From assembly GCA_963729625.1 (NCBI GenBank), contig CAVSOU010000010.1, positions 1,056,001-1,120,000 on the forward strand: DNA of 64,000 bases, read 5' to 3'. This document shows, piece after piece, positions 9,206 through 18,572 of this stretch (positions are counted from its first letter, which is position 1; the number at the start of each line of letters is the position of its first letter). The notes beneath the pieces were generated by a model. That model was not told the origin of the DNA and searched no databases. It saw only the letters and a program-made list of their open reading frames with translations. This stretch comes from an uncultured bacterium (GTDB taxonomy: Bacteria; Chloroflexota; UBA5177; JANWHV01). A program made the position numbers and the translations under genes.

Positions 9206-10174
9206 ATGCCACTACCGCCGGGCGACATCATAGGCATCCTGTCGGATAACCTGCGTCTGCGTAGGTCGGTGCTGCCGATCTCTACCCGGAGCGTCACGCG
9301 GTGGGCGCGTGGGCTGAACCTGCCACGCGGCGGAGAGACCGTTCTCTATACCGGGCAGATGTACCAGCTTATCCCCTACATCGAGCAGATGGTGCAGATG
9401 CAGGAGCGGGTGGCAGATACATGGCTGGCTGGCTTCACCCGGCTGGGCCGGCGCCTGAATAAAGTGGTCAACATCACGGCGTTCATGGGCCGCCCAGGCG
9501 CGGATGCGCGGGCGGCCAACGACGGCGTCTTGCACAACGTGGTTTCGCTGCTCCGGCAAGCGGGAGTCGCCTTCGGCTATCTCTTCGAGGACGACCTCTA
9601 TTCCGGGGCACTTGCCTACGACCTGGGCACCGACGAAGCTTTTGGCATGCAGGCGCGACGAGTGGCTCGCATGCTCAAGAAGCATGGCGTGCGAAACGTG
9701 ATCACAGTCGACCCGCACACGACCAATATGCTTCGCTCCGTCTATCCGAGGTTCGTCAAAGGATTCGACGTGAGCGTGCGCAGCTACCTGGAAGTGCTGG
9801 CGGACAAGGGCATGCGGCCGCAGACATCGCTCTCCAGCCGGTTGGCGATTCACGATTCCTGTGTCTATGCCCGATACGAGGGTGTGATAGGGCAACCCCG
9901 CGCGCTGCTGGAGCAAGCCGGTGTCACCATCGTCGAGCCGGATAATGCCGGCCGCTTCACCTGGTGTTGCGGTGGCCCATTGGAGTCTCTGTACCCGCGT
10001 AAATCATTGGCCACCGCCCAGAAGCGCGTGGAACAGCTCCGTCAGGCCGCACCGGAGGCGGTGACGATGTGTCCCCTGTGCCTGGTGAATCTGCAAAAGG
10101 CGGCGGGCCACACACTGCGCCTCACAGACATCTCCGAGCACCTGCGACGGGCGTATACAGCTCAAGCCATCTGA
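9206..10174 (+). CDS. HdrB/HdrD-like CCG-domain Fe-S protein
   Basis: RBS AGGAG before ATG 9206; HDSC..WCCGG..TMCPLC C-terminal CCG domain; degenerate N-terminal domain (TVDPHT). Confidence 0.85.
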   Translation: MPLPPGDIIGILSDNLRLRRSVLPISTRSVTRWARGLNLPRGGETVLYTGQMYQLIPYIEQMVQMQERVADTWLAGFTRLGRRLNKVVNITAFMGRPGADARAANDGVLHNVVSLLRQAGVAFGYLFEDDLYSGALAYDLGTDEAFGMQARRVARMLKKHGVRNVITVDPHTTNMLRSVYPRFVKGFDVSVRSYLEVLADKGMRPQTSLSSRLAIHDSCVYARYEGVIGQPRALLEQAGVTIVEPDNAGRFTWCCGGPLESLYPRKSLATAQKRVEQLRQAAPEAVTMCPLCLVNLQKAAGHTLRLTDISEHLRRAYTAQAI

Positions 10175-10191
10175 AGTCGAAGGAGAAGAAG

Positions 10192-10668
10192 GTGCGCACA
10201 GACAAGAAGACATTGATCGTCTTCAGCGGCGACCTCGACCGAGCGCTCGCGGCATTCATGATTGCCAACGGCGCCGCCGCTATGGGTGACGAAGTAACCA
10301 TGTTTTTCACCTTTTGGGGCCTGAATATCCTGCGCAAGGCCAAGAAGGTGAAGGCCAAAAAGACGTTCCTGCAGGCAATGTTCGGCTGGATGATGCCCCG
10401 CGGCCCCAGCCGGCTGGGCCTCTCCAAGATGAACTTCGGCGGCATGGGCGCCATGATGATGAAGAAGGTGATGAAGGGGCAGAACATCATGTCGCTCGAG
10501 GACCTGCTCGCTGCGGCGAAGGACCAGGGCGTCAAGCTGGTGGCCTGCACCATGTCGATGGATGTGATGGGCATCAAGGAAGAGGAGTTGATCGACGGCC
10601 TGGAGTTCGCCGGCGTGGCCAGCTACCTTGGCGAGGCGGACGAGGCCAACGTCAACCTGTTCATCTAG
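10192..10668 (+). CDS. DsrE2/DrsE-like sulfur transferase
   Basis: GTG 10192 after AAGGAG; IVFSGDLDRA, MFFTFWGLNILRK, LSKMNFGGMG and ACTMSMDVMGI motifs. Confidence 0.9.
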   Translation: MRTDKKTLIVFSGDLDRALAAFMIANGAAAMGDEVTMFFTFWGLNILRKAKKVKAKKTFLQAMFGWMMPRGPSRLGLSKMNFGGMGAMMMKKVMKGQNIMSLEDLLAAAKDQGVKLVACTMSMDVMGIKEEELIDGLEFAGVASYLGEADEANVNLFI

Positions 10669-10728
10669 TCGCGCAGCGCAAGCGTCGACGCCAGCATATT
10701 TGCGGCACGAGGGCAGGGAAGCACACAC

Positions 10729-11092
10729 CTACTTCATCGAGGTGTTCTCGTAGAAGCTCGCGCTGGGACAATGGCAGCCAATGGTCGGAAGCACAACCTC
10801 GTCGCCGGGACCTAACGTAGCAACCTGCCAGGTGCCGTCGACGAGTCGCGATCTGACTTCGACAGACACGCGGTCCGTGGCGATCAGCGCGTAGGTGCCC
10901 AGGCTCGTCAGGGCGCGATACATCCCGAACTTATCGCCCTGGTCGTAGTCGACCGTCTTGGGCGAGAGGGCCTCCACGACGACGCGGGGATGGCGGATAA
11001 ACTGGTGGGCTCCGCGAACACACGGCGGGGCGTTCAGCATGAAGAATGGCCTGCTCGACCGCGAGCTGTGGCCTTTGCCAAGGGTAGTGCAT
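10729..11092 (-). pseudogene. Uma2-family endonuclease remnant with an internal deletion and frame break
   Basis: C-half PRVVVEALSPKTVDYDQGDKFGMYRALTSLGTYALI is typical of Uma2. An N-terminal-like piece (MHYPWQRPQLAVEQAILHAE) lies in another frame, and the central part is missing. Confidence 0.65.
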
Positions 11093-11181
11093 GTTCGGTA
11101 GGCTGGATGACGTCAGCCTGAAGGAGGATAGCCGGACTGCTGTGAGCCTGCAGCATGAGCGTGGCGGGAGGAATTGCACAG

Positions 11182-11637
11182 ATGGACGATGCTGAGAAGA
11201 CGTGGCATACCAAGTGTGCCAAAGAACTTTTCAACCACTCTTGGGATCTCCTTGACCAGGCTAGCCGCACCGATCAGGAAGACCACGACCTTCTCCACGC
11301 CGCGTTCGCCTCGCGCTATCATTGGGGCGTCGTCGGCACCGAGGAGAACTGGATCCTTGGCGACGCGCACATCGCCCGTGTCGCCGCCCACCTGGGCCAC
11401 AGCGCGTTGTCCCTGCATTACGCAGCTCGGGCCCTCGACGACACGTACGCGCGTGGCTGGCGAGACTACCGTCTCGCATCGGCCCATGAGACGATGGCGC
11501 GGGCACACAGCGCCGCGGGGAACTCGGTCGAGCGTGACCGCCACCTTGCGCTTGCCCGCGATGCTCTCGATCTCGTCGACGACCCAGAGGATCGAGAGAT
11601 CATCGCCGGGCAGATTGACTCGGTCCCTGTGGGCTGA
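11182..11637 (+). CDS. conserved helical hypothetical protein
   Basis: GGAGG RBS, ATG 11182; AKELFNHSWDLL..HAAFASRYHW motif; coding-like composition. Confidence 0.75.
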   Translation: MDDAEKTWHTKCAKELFNHSWDLLDQASRTDQEDHDLLHAAFASRYHWGVVGTEENWILGDAHIARVAAHLGHSALSLHYAARALDDTYARGWRDYRLASAHETMARAHSAAGNSVERDRHLALARDALDLVDDPEDREIIAGQIDSVPVG

Positions 11638-11739
11638 ACCGCAGCGAGACCTTCCGGGCAATGGACACGCATGCGAGAGCGCCAGCGTGCTTCGGAGGCC
11701 CGAGCGGGCCGCTGCCCGACTACCTCTTCCATCCGCTGT

Positions 11740-12399
11740 TTAGCTGGAGCAGCTTCCGTCGCCACGGCTCCGGCCGCCGCGTCCCGACTTGGCGCCGTCG
11801 AACGCCTCTCGTGCCTCGTGGGCCAACCAGTAGAGCAATGCCAGGGCGGCGACACTATCCGCCCACCACCAACCAAATGCGACATTTGCCACCAGCCCAA
11901 GCAGCAGGGTGCACGCCATATACGCACAGGTGATCGAGCAGGCTGCATCCCCGCGCAAGGCGGCGCTGTCGAGTAGGTCGGCAATCCGTCGCTTGCGCCG
12001 CGCCAAGATGGGCATGCCGATGACCGCGGCGATGGCAACCGCTATCCCGGCGAAAGAGCGACCGGGCTCGGTGTGCGTAACCAGTGCCGCTACTGCGCTG
12101 ATCGCGACGTAAATGCAGAGTAAAGCCAACGCCACTCCCGTGATCCAGGCGGAGCGGTGCTCCGCGCGTTCGACCTCTTGCAAGAGGCCGCCGCGCGCCT
12201 CGGTCCGCAGGCGCCAGAGCAGCACCCCGCCAGATGCCAGTTCGATCACGCTGTCGACGCCAAAGGCGGTGAGCAGCACGCTGCGGGCAAGTAGCCCTGC
12301 GCCGATGGCGACGGCGGCCTCCACCACCATCCAGGCAATGGCGACCTGTTCCACACGTACACCCGAGCGTGCCGCACTCGCACGTCTACGCTCGTCCAA
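11740..12399 (-). CDS. cation efflux (CDF-like) membrane transporter
   Basis: About 6 TM helices; LTAFGVDSVIE, SAALRGDA and GWWWADSVAAL motifs. Start uncertain. Confidence 0.8.
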   Translation of the reverse strand: MDERRRASAARSGVRVEQVAIAWMVVEAAVAIGAGLLARSVLLTAFGVDSVIELASGGVLLWRLRTEARGGLLQEVERAEHRSAWITGVALALLCIYVAISAVAALVTHTEPGRSFAGIAVAIAAVIGMPILARRKRRIADLLDSAALRGDAACSITCAYMACTLLLGLVANVAFGWWWADSVAALALLYWLAHEAREAFDGAKSGRGGRSRGDGSCSS

Positions 12400-12489
12400 A
12401 TCAGGCGGCGTGACAACGTCGGGGGTAGCCGTTGTTGTGATTTCCTCCCCAGTGAGTGCTTGCTCGGCGCGCGCGGCAGCCCAGTGACC

Positions 12490-13467
12490 TCAAGCTGCTT
12501 CAGGCTGGCCGATTCCCACGAGCAGACCGTTATCGGCTATGGCCGGGCTGGTAGTTACAAAGAGCACGACGCCGGCTACCGGGCTCGCAATTGTAGCGAT
12601 CGGCTCTCCCCACAGGTCGACCATGTCGCCAAGTGAATCTCCGGCGCTGAGCCGGTCACCCGCCCGAATAGCCTTGCGGAAGAAGCCGCCTCGCTCGGCG
12701 CGCACCCATGCGAAACCTCGGACGAGCGTCTGCGGCGTGGATAGCTGCTCCGGCTCACCCTCGAGCATGTCCAGCCGCTGCAGCACGCGCCGCAACCCGC
12801 GCAAGTGGAGCGCCACGGCTTCCTGCGTAAGCTGGCCTATACCGCCGGCCTCCGCGATCACGGCCGGTATGCCGACTTCAGCCGCGGCAATGTCGGTGCT
12901 GCCCGATACGGCTCCGCCTGCCGGCGGTTCCACGATGACATAGGGCAGGCCGAACGTGGTGGCCAGATCCAGTGCCTTGTCGTCGACTTCAGGCCGACCG
13001 CATTGATGCATCAAGCTAAACGGCATCAGCTCTTCTACCAGATCGCCGCAGTGCAGGTCGATGAAGTAATCGCCCTGGCGAATGACCGAGTGGAAGAAAT
13101 GATAGGCAAGTACGTCCGAAAAACTGCCGTCTGGATTTCCTGGAAAGGCACGGTTTGGGTTCTTGCCGTCGCGCGGGCAAACGAAAGGTGTGCGTTGCCA
13201 GAAAGCTGGAAGGTTGACAACAGGTACGCCGACGATCCTTCCGCGAACCTTTCCCGGATCGGCCTGGCGACAGAAGCGCATCAGCGCATCAATCGGCGGG
13301 TATTCGGCACCGTGTATTCCGGCGATCACACACAGCGTGGGACCGTCCTGCGCTCCCGCAATCGCGAAGTACGGCCATTCGTAGTCGGCGAGCATCGGGG
13401 CGTCGAAGGCGAGCAGGCGGCGTTCGGTGTGGCCGGGCGCCGGGAAGACGATTGACCTATCCGTCAT
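12490..13467 (-). CDS. succinylglutamate desuccinylase/aspartoacylase family (M14) hydrolase
   Basis: AGIHGAEY, NPNRAFPG, IDLHCG, EAGG and a C-terminal biotinyl-like domain; ATG 13467 overlaps the upstream stop. Confidence 0.88.
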   Translation of the reverse strand: MTDRSIVFPAPGHTERRLLAFDAPMLADYEWPYFAIAGAQDGPTLCVIAGIHGAEYPPIDALMRFCRQADPGKVRGRIVGVPVVNLPAFWQRTPFVCPRDGKNPNRAFPGNPDGSFSDVLAYHFFHSVIRQGDYFIDLHCGDLVEELMPFSLMHQCGRPEVDDKALDLATTFGLPYVIVEPPAGGAVSGSTDIAAAEVGIPAVIAEAGGIGQLTQEAVALHLRGLRRVLQRLDMLEGEPEQLSTPQTLVRGFAWVRAERGGFFRKAIRAGDRLSAGDSLGDMVDLWGEPIATIASPVAGVVLFVTTSPAIADNGLLVGIGQPEAA

Positions 13468-14477
13468 GCTGAGCTCCCATCTTGAGAGTATAGGTGACAG
13501 GCAACTGACCGGCCGTGCGAGACGCGCCGCTGCGCCGGGTACTCTTCCTTGCAAACCGGCATCACATGCGGGCAACGAGGATGAAAATGACAACCGCTCG
13601 GTCGATTGACCGGACTGGGCAGATCACCTTCCAGCGAGGGTGTGGTCGCCTTCTGCCGTGGAACAAGCTTGGGCACTGCTCGGAGCAGCGCCTGTGCGTA
13701 GGGGTGCAGTGGCTCGCGAAACAGCTCGTCCGTCGGCGCCAGCTCCACGATCTTGCCCAGGTACATGACCGCGACACGCTGGCTAATATGGTGCACCACG
13801 CCAAGGTTGTGCGCGATGAACAGATAGGTCAGGCCAAGCTCGTCCTGCAGGCGCATCAGCAGGTTCAGGACCTGCGCCTGGACGGAGACGTCGAGCGCGG
13901 AAACGGCTTCATCGGCAACGATGAAGTCCGGGCCAACCGCGAGTGCCCGCGCTATTCCGACCCGTTGCCGCTGCCCGCCGCTGAACTGGTGCGGCTTGCG
14001 CTCAGCCATCTCGCGCGAGAGTCCGACCATCTCCATCAGGGCGCCCACTCGCTCCGTCCGCTCCGCGGGTGGACAGACCTTATGGACCTTCAGCACTTCC
14101 TCGAGCATCTGGCGAACCTTCATGCTGGGGTTGAGTGACGAGTAGGGATCCTGGAAGACTACCTGGATCTTGGTGCGCAGCTCACGCGTGGCACGAGCAT
14201 CATGGGAAATGATATTGACGCCATTGTGAAAGATCTCCCCCCGCGTGGGCTCATAGAGCCGCAGCAGCAGCCGTCCAAACGTGCTCTTGCCGCAGCCGCT
14301 CTCGCCTACCAGCCCAACGGTCTCGCCGCGGTTGATAGTGAGGGAGACGTCGTCTACGGCCTTTAGCGTCGGGCGCGGCATCCTGCGCAGCCGTCGCACC
14401 AGGCTCTCGGCCAACACGAACTCCTTGGAGACGCCGCGAGCCTCAAGCAGGGGGTTAGTGGCCGCGATGTCAGTCAC
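13464..14477 (-). CDS. oligopeptide/dipeptide ABC transporter ATP-binding protein (OppF/DppF type)
   Basis: GESGCGKS, FSGGQRQR, DEAVSALD, HPY and GCHFHPRCP motifs. Confidence 0.93.
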   Translation of the reverse strand: MTDIAATNPLLEARGVSKEFVLAESLVRRLRRMPRPTLKAVDDVSLTINRGETVGLVGESGCGKSTFGRLLLRLYEPTRGEIFHNGVNIISHDARATRELRTKIQVVFQDPYSSLNPSMKVRQMLEEVLKVHKVCPPAERTERVGALMEMVGLSREMAERKPHQFSGGQRQRVGIARALAVGPDFIVADEAVSALDVSVQAQVLNLLMRLQDELGLTYLFIAHNLGVVHHISQRVAVMYLGKIVELAPTDELFREPLHPYAQALLRAVPKLVPRQKATTPSLEGDLPSPVNRPSGCHFHPRCPHVMPVCKEEYPAQRRVSHGRSVACHLYSQDGSSA

Positions 14478-15499
14478 TCGGTTCCTCCACCTCTTGGTGC
14501 CGGCGGCAGCGTGACACGTGTTGTCCTCCTACACTCAGCAGCTCGGTCTTCCATGTACGGCACGCTTCCTCCTGAAGGGGACAGCGATCGAAGAACCGGC
14601 AACCCGCCGGCGGATCCACCAGGTCCGGCGGCGCGCCCGAGATCGGGGTCAGATACCGCGATCTCGTCTCTCTGATCCGGCAACGAACGGAGCAAGCCGA
14701 CGGTATAGGGATGTTTCGGTCGGGTTAAGAGCGTCACCGTATCGGCCATCTCGACGATTTGCCCGGCGTACATCACCGCCACGCGCGTGCAGGTCCCCGC
14801 GATTACGCCCAGGTCGTGGCTGACGAGGATCATGCTCATGCCGAGCTCGCGTTGAAGCCCGAGCAGCAGGCTAAGGATCTGGTCCTGAATCGTCACATCG
14901 AGCGCAGTGGTAGGCTCGTCCGCCAGCAGAATCCGCGGCTTGGAAGCCAGGGCGATCGCGATGAGCACTCGCTGCCGCATCCCGCCGCTGAACTGATGGG
15001 GGTAGTCGTCGACGCGCTGCTCGGCCATCGGTATGCGAACGTGACCAAGCAGCTCCACGACAGCACGGTGCCGCTCAGGGCGACGCAGGGAAGTATGGGC
15101 TTGCAGCGCTTCCTCGATCTGGGCTCCCACGCTCATCACGGGATTGAGCGAGCTCATGGGATCCTGGAAAATCATGGAGATTTGCGCTCCGCGCACCTTC
15201 TGCATGGCCGACTTGGAGAGCTTAACGAGATTCCGGCCTGCATACTGTACGGTTCCGACCGTAGACGCGGGTGGGATCGGCAGCAAGCCAATCAATGAGC
15301 GACACGTTACGCTCTTCCCGCAGCCACTTTCCCCGACGATACCGAACGTCTCACCAGGATAAAGGTCGAACGTGACGCCGTCGACAGCACGCAAGACCCC
15401 GCGTGGCGTCGCGAAGTAGGTGTACAGATCGCGCACGCTGAGGAGCGGCTCGCCTGCCGAATGCTGCACCTGGATATCCGTATCCACCGCAATCGACAT
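14470..15499 (-). CDS. oligopeptide/dipeptide ABC ATP-binding protein (OppD/DppD type), frameshifted near 14670
   Basis: GESGCGKS, FSGGMRQR, DEPTTALD and HPY are in frame 0. The conserved tail ISGAPPDLVDPPAGCRFFDRCP..C..H..C lies in another frame after an AGAGAGA run. Confidence 0.88.
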
Positions 15500-15518
15500 A
15501 TCTGCGTTCCTTACGTTC

Positions 15519-16403
15519 TCACTGCGCGGGCCGGAGCACGTCCGCAAGGCCGTCACCCAGTAAGCTAAGCGACACTCCGACCGCGACGATGGCGAGGCCG
15601 GGAATTGTCGGCACCCACCACGCCGTCACCATGTAGTTCTGTCCGTCGGCGATCATGGTTCCCCATTCGGGGCTCGGCTCCGGCACGCCTAAACCCAGAT
15701 ACCCAAGAGCGGCACCGAGCAAAATGTTACCCACCGCATCGGCCATGGCGAAGATCAGGGCTGCCGAAAACACGTTCGGCAGGATATGTCTCAGCATGAT
15801 GCGCATGTTGCCGAAGCCGAGCGCGCGAGCCGCCAGCACATACTCCTGTTGCTTTGCGACCAGCGTCTCTCCCCGAATAATCCGCGCGTAGGAGACCCAG
15901 CCGACCGCCCAGATGGCAATGAAGAGATTCAGCAGGCCCGCACCGAGTGCGGCGACGATCGCCAGTACCAGCACAAAGAACGGGAAGGCAAAAAACACGT
16001 CAACGATTCGCATCAGAACTGCATCCAGCTTACCGCCGAAATACCCCGAGATCAGGCCTATGATCGTGCCGACGATAATGGTGACGCCCGTCCCGCCAAA
16101 TCCGATGAGCAGGTCGACGCGGCCGCCGTACAGGAGCCTGCTCAGTATGTCACGCCCGTACGGCGCATCCGTTCCCAGTGGGTGTCCAGGCGAGAACGGC
16201 GCTGCACCCTGATTCAAGATATCCTGAGCGACTGGGTCATACTGCGTGAACAGTGGCGCGCCCAGGCAGGCAATGACGATAAGGACAAGCAGCACGGCAC
16301 CGGCCAACAATGGCCAGTTTCGTATACGGCGCCGTTTGCGTCCTGCTTTCTTTTCGAGGCGCAGGGCGAGCAGTGTGCCGGGATTGGTTGCCTCGACGGC
16401 CAT
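15519..16403 (-). CDS. peptide ABC transporter permease (OppC/DppC type)
   Basis: HPLGTD..GRDILSRLLYGGR, EYVLAARALG and PEWG motifs. Confidence 0.93.
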   Translation of the reverse strand: MAVEATNPGTLLALRLEKKAGRKRRRIRNWPLLAGAVLLVLIVIACLGAPLFTQYDPVAQDILNQGAAPFSPGHPLGTDAPYGRDILSRLLYGGRVDLLIGFGGTGVTIIVGTIIGLISGYFGGKLDAVLMRIVDVFFAFPFFVLVLAIVAALGAGLLNLFIAIWAVGWVSYARIIRGETLVAKQQEYVLAARALGFGNMRIMLRHILPNVFSAALIFAMADAVGNILLGAALGYLGLGVPEPSPEWGTMIADGQNYMVTAWWVPTIPGLAIVAVGVSLSLLGDGLADVLRPAQ

Positions 16404-16417
16404 ACGCTCCTCCTGCC

Positions 16418-17359
16418 TCAGGCCAGGCTCACGCGCGGATCCAGCAACGCATACGCTACGTCAGTCAGCAGGTTTATCACGACGACAAAGATGGCGATGA
16501 GCAAGACGATCCCTTGAACTACCGCATAGTCACGTTGCAGAATGGCCGAGATCAGCAGGTTCCCGACACCTCCGACGGCGAATATGTCCTCAATGATCAC
16601 GGTACTGCCCATGAGAAACGCGATGTTGATGCCAAAGATGGTAACGGTCGGGAGCAACGCATTGCGCAAGATGTGACGGGTCATGATGCGCCAGCCGGCC
16701 AGCCCTTTCGCACGGGCGGTGTCGACGTAGTCCGCAGTCATGACCGACAGGATGCTGTTCCGCAGCGAGCGAATCAGCACGGCGGAGAAGCCAAGGGCGA
16801 TCGTCAGCGCCGGCAGAAACAGGTGGTAGACACGGTCTGTAAAATTGTCGCCAAACCCGCTGACTGGAAACAGCCGAAAGTGCACGCTCAGGATGAGCTG
16901 AAGAATGATGCCGACCCAGAACGATGGCATCGCCAGCGTCACGATAAAACTACTGCGAATGGCCTGATCGACGATCCCGTCGCGGTACACTGCCGACGCA
17001 ACGGCGAGCGGCAAAGAGATGAGCAACGCCAGCAAGGACGCGTAGATCACCAGCCAGACGGTAGGAGGGAGCCGGTCGAGTATGACGCTTGTCACGGATT
17101 GCTGGTAGTAGATCGAGTCGCCAAGGTTGCCGTGCGCCAGGTTGCCCATGAAAATGAGGTACTGCTGCCAGATCGGCTGGTCAAGGCCGAGCGCGCTGCG
17201 CAGCTGTTTCGCTAGCTGAGGCGTATAGTGGTTTCCCAGTATCGCGACAACCGGATCTCCTGGGATGAGTCGGATCAGGAAGAAGGCGATAATCGTGATG
17301 CCGAGCACGACAGGGATCATTTGAAGCAGGCGACGGCCCACGAAGCTGAACCTGCTCAT
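16418..17359 (-). CDS. peptide ABC transporter permease (OppB/DppB type)
   Basis: PGDPV, LGLDQP, DYVDTARAKGL and RDYAVVQG motifs. Confidence 0.93.
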   Translation of the reverse strand: MSRFSFVGRRLLQMIPVVLGITIIAFFLIRLIPGDPVVAILGNHYTPQLAKQLRSALGLDQPIWQQYLIFMGNLAHGNLGDSIYYQQSVTSVILDRLPPTVWLVIYASLLALLISLPLAVASAVYRDGIVDQAIRSSFIVTLAMPSFWVGIILQLILSVHFRLFPVSGFGDNFTDRVYHLFLPALTIALGFSAVLIRSLRNSILSVMTADYVDTARAKGLAGWRIMTRHILRNALLPTVTIFGINIAFLMGSTVIIEDIFAVGGVGNLLISAILQRDYAVVQGIVLLIAIFVVVINLLTDVAYALLDPRVSLA

Positions 17360-18462
17360 AGAGGCTCCCTACCGCTTCGCCCGGCAGTGCGTTTTGCGGC
17401 TGACTGTCGTGCTTCCCCTGGTTGCTCAGCCCATTGGGCTCCTTCCACGTCGGCCCTGCCGGCTTCCTCGTTTGCGGAAGTAGAAAGTCGTTCAAGCAAT
17501 GGCCGCAAAGCAGCCACGCTCGCCGGTTCCGGCGCATGGAGATATTCGATCGCCGGCACATCCGGCGAGACATGAAGCACGATCGTTTCGCTGCCACTGG
17601 CATAGATGATCGCTTCGGCCGTGCTGAGTACGGCGTTCACACGTTCAACGTCGGAAAGAACAGCGCAGAGCGGAGGTTGTTCAGGAGCTGCATGAGCGAT
17701 CACCCCCTGGAGCATCGTGGGCATGAATTCGCTGAACGTGCTGATCAGTCCCAGACGGCGGCCCCGAGGCAGATCTTGCATTCGCTTCACCGTGCCCTGA
17801 TGCACGACAAAAGTGAGTCCCAGTACAGGCGGGTGCTGTCGGGGCAGCACGAGTTGTACCTCCTTGACCCGATTTGCCAGGGTCAGGATGACGTCGGCCG
17901 TGCAAACGCACTCCCGCTCGCCTGCAACGCCGGACCGCAGGCGCTCAATCGTATACGGCATGATCTCGGGAGCCAGATCACCTAGCATCGTCCGAAGCTC
18001 GTGCGCGTATACCTCGGTAGCATGGCCGAAGACACCAATGAGCGCGATGACCGGACATCGCCGATGTCTTGAGGCAAGTCGAGCCGTGACCATTTGGCTG
18101 ATCTCTGTCGGCGTAAATGATCGCTTCAGCGCCTGCCCGACCATGCCATCTACGAGGCGCCGTAACTCTTGAATGCTCGCACCGGCACGCAGGTCCGCGC
18201 TGTTATTCCCGACGTAGGTGCCCATGCCAGGGCGCACTGATATCAGTCCCTTGCTCTTCAGAGCCCGGTACACATGACTGACGGTGACGTGGGCGACGCC
18301 TTCCGCCGCGGCAAGCTCACGCACGGATGGTAACTGCTCTCCCGGTTTGAGAGCGCCGGAGGCGATTCCATACTCGATCTGCCCTGCGAGTTGAGCGCTG
18401 ACAGAAACAGGCAAATCGCGATCGAGAGAGATCTGCAACGCCAAGGCGCACGACCTTCGCAT
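17356..18462 (-). CDS. GntR family transcriptional regulator with a long C-terminal domain
   Basis: IASGALKPGEQLPSVRELA..VSHVYRALKSKGLISVRPGMGTYV wHTH. Confidence 0.88.
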   Translation of the reverse strand: MRRSCALALQISLDRDLPVSVSAQLAGQIEYGIASGALKPGEQLPSVRELAAAEGVAHVTVSHVYRALKSKGLISVRPGMGTYVGNNSADLRAGASIQELRRLVDGMVGQALKRSFTPTEISQMVTARLASRHRRCPVIALIGVFGHATEVYAHELRTMLGDLAPEIMPYTIERLRSGVAGERECVCTADVILTLANRVKEVQLVLPRQHPPVLGLTFVVHQGTVKRMQDLPRGRRLGLISTFSEFMPTMLQGVIAHAAPEQPPLCAVLSDVERVNAVLSTAEAIIYASGSETIVLHVSPDVPAIEYLHAPEPASVAALRPLLERLSTSANEEAGRADVEGAQWAEQPGEARQSAAKRTAGRSGREPL

Positions 18463-18572
18463 ACATGTCTAGGTTCGTGGCGCCTTCGACGCTGCAGGCA
18501 TGCCGGCACAGCCACGACGAAGGCGCCACACAGGGCCGCTGCCTCCGACCGACCTGTCAGAGGCAATCACGG

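Noticed and set aside
3535-10668. Calling the operon the sulfur-oxidising sHdr system or a methanogen HdrABC-Mvh complex
   Set aside because: There are no lipoate-binding protein or lipoylation genes, no duplicated hdrC/hdrB pairs and no MvhA/G, and the HdrA architecture differs.
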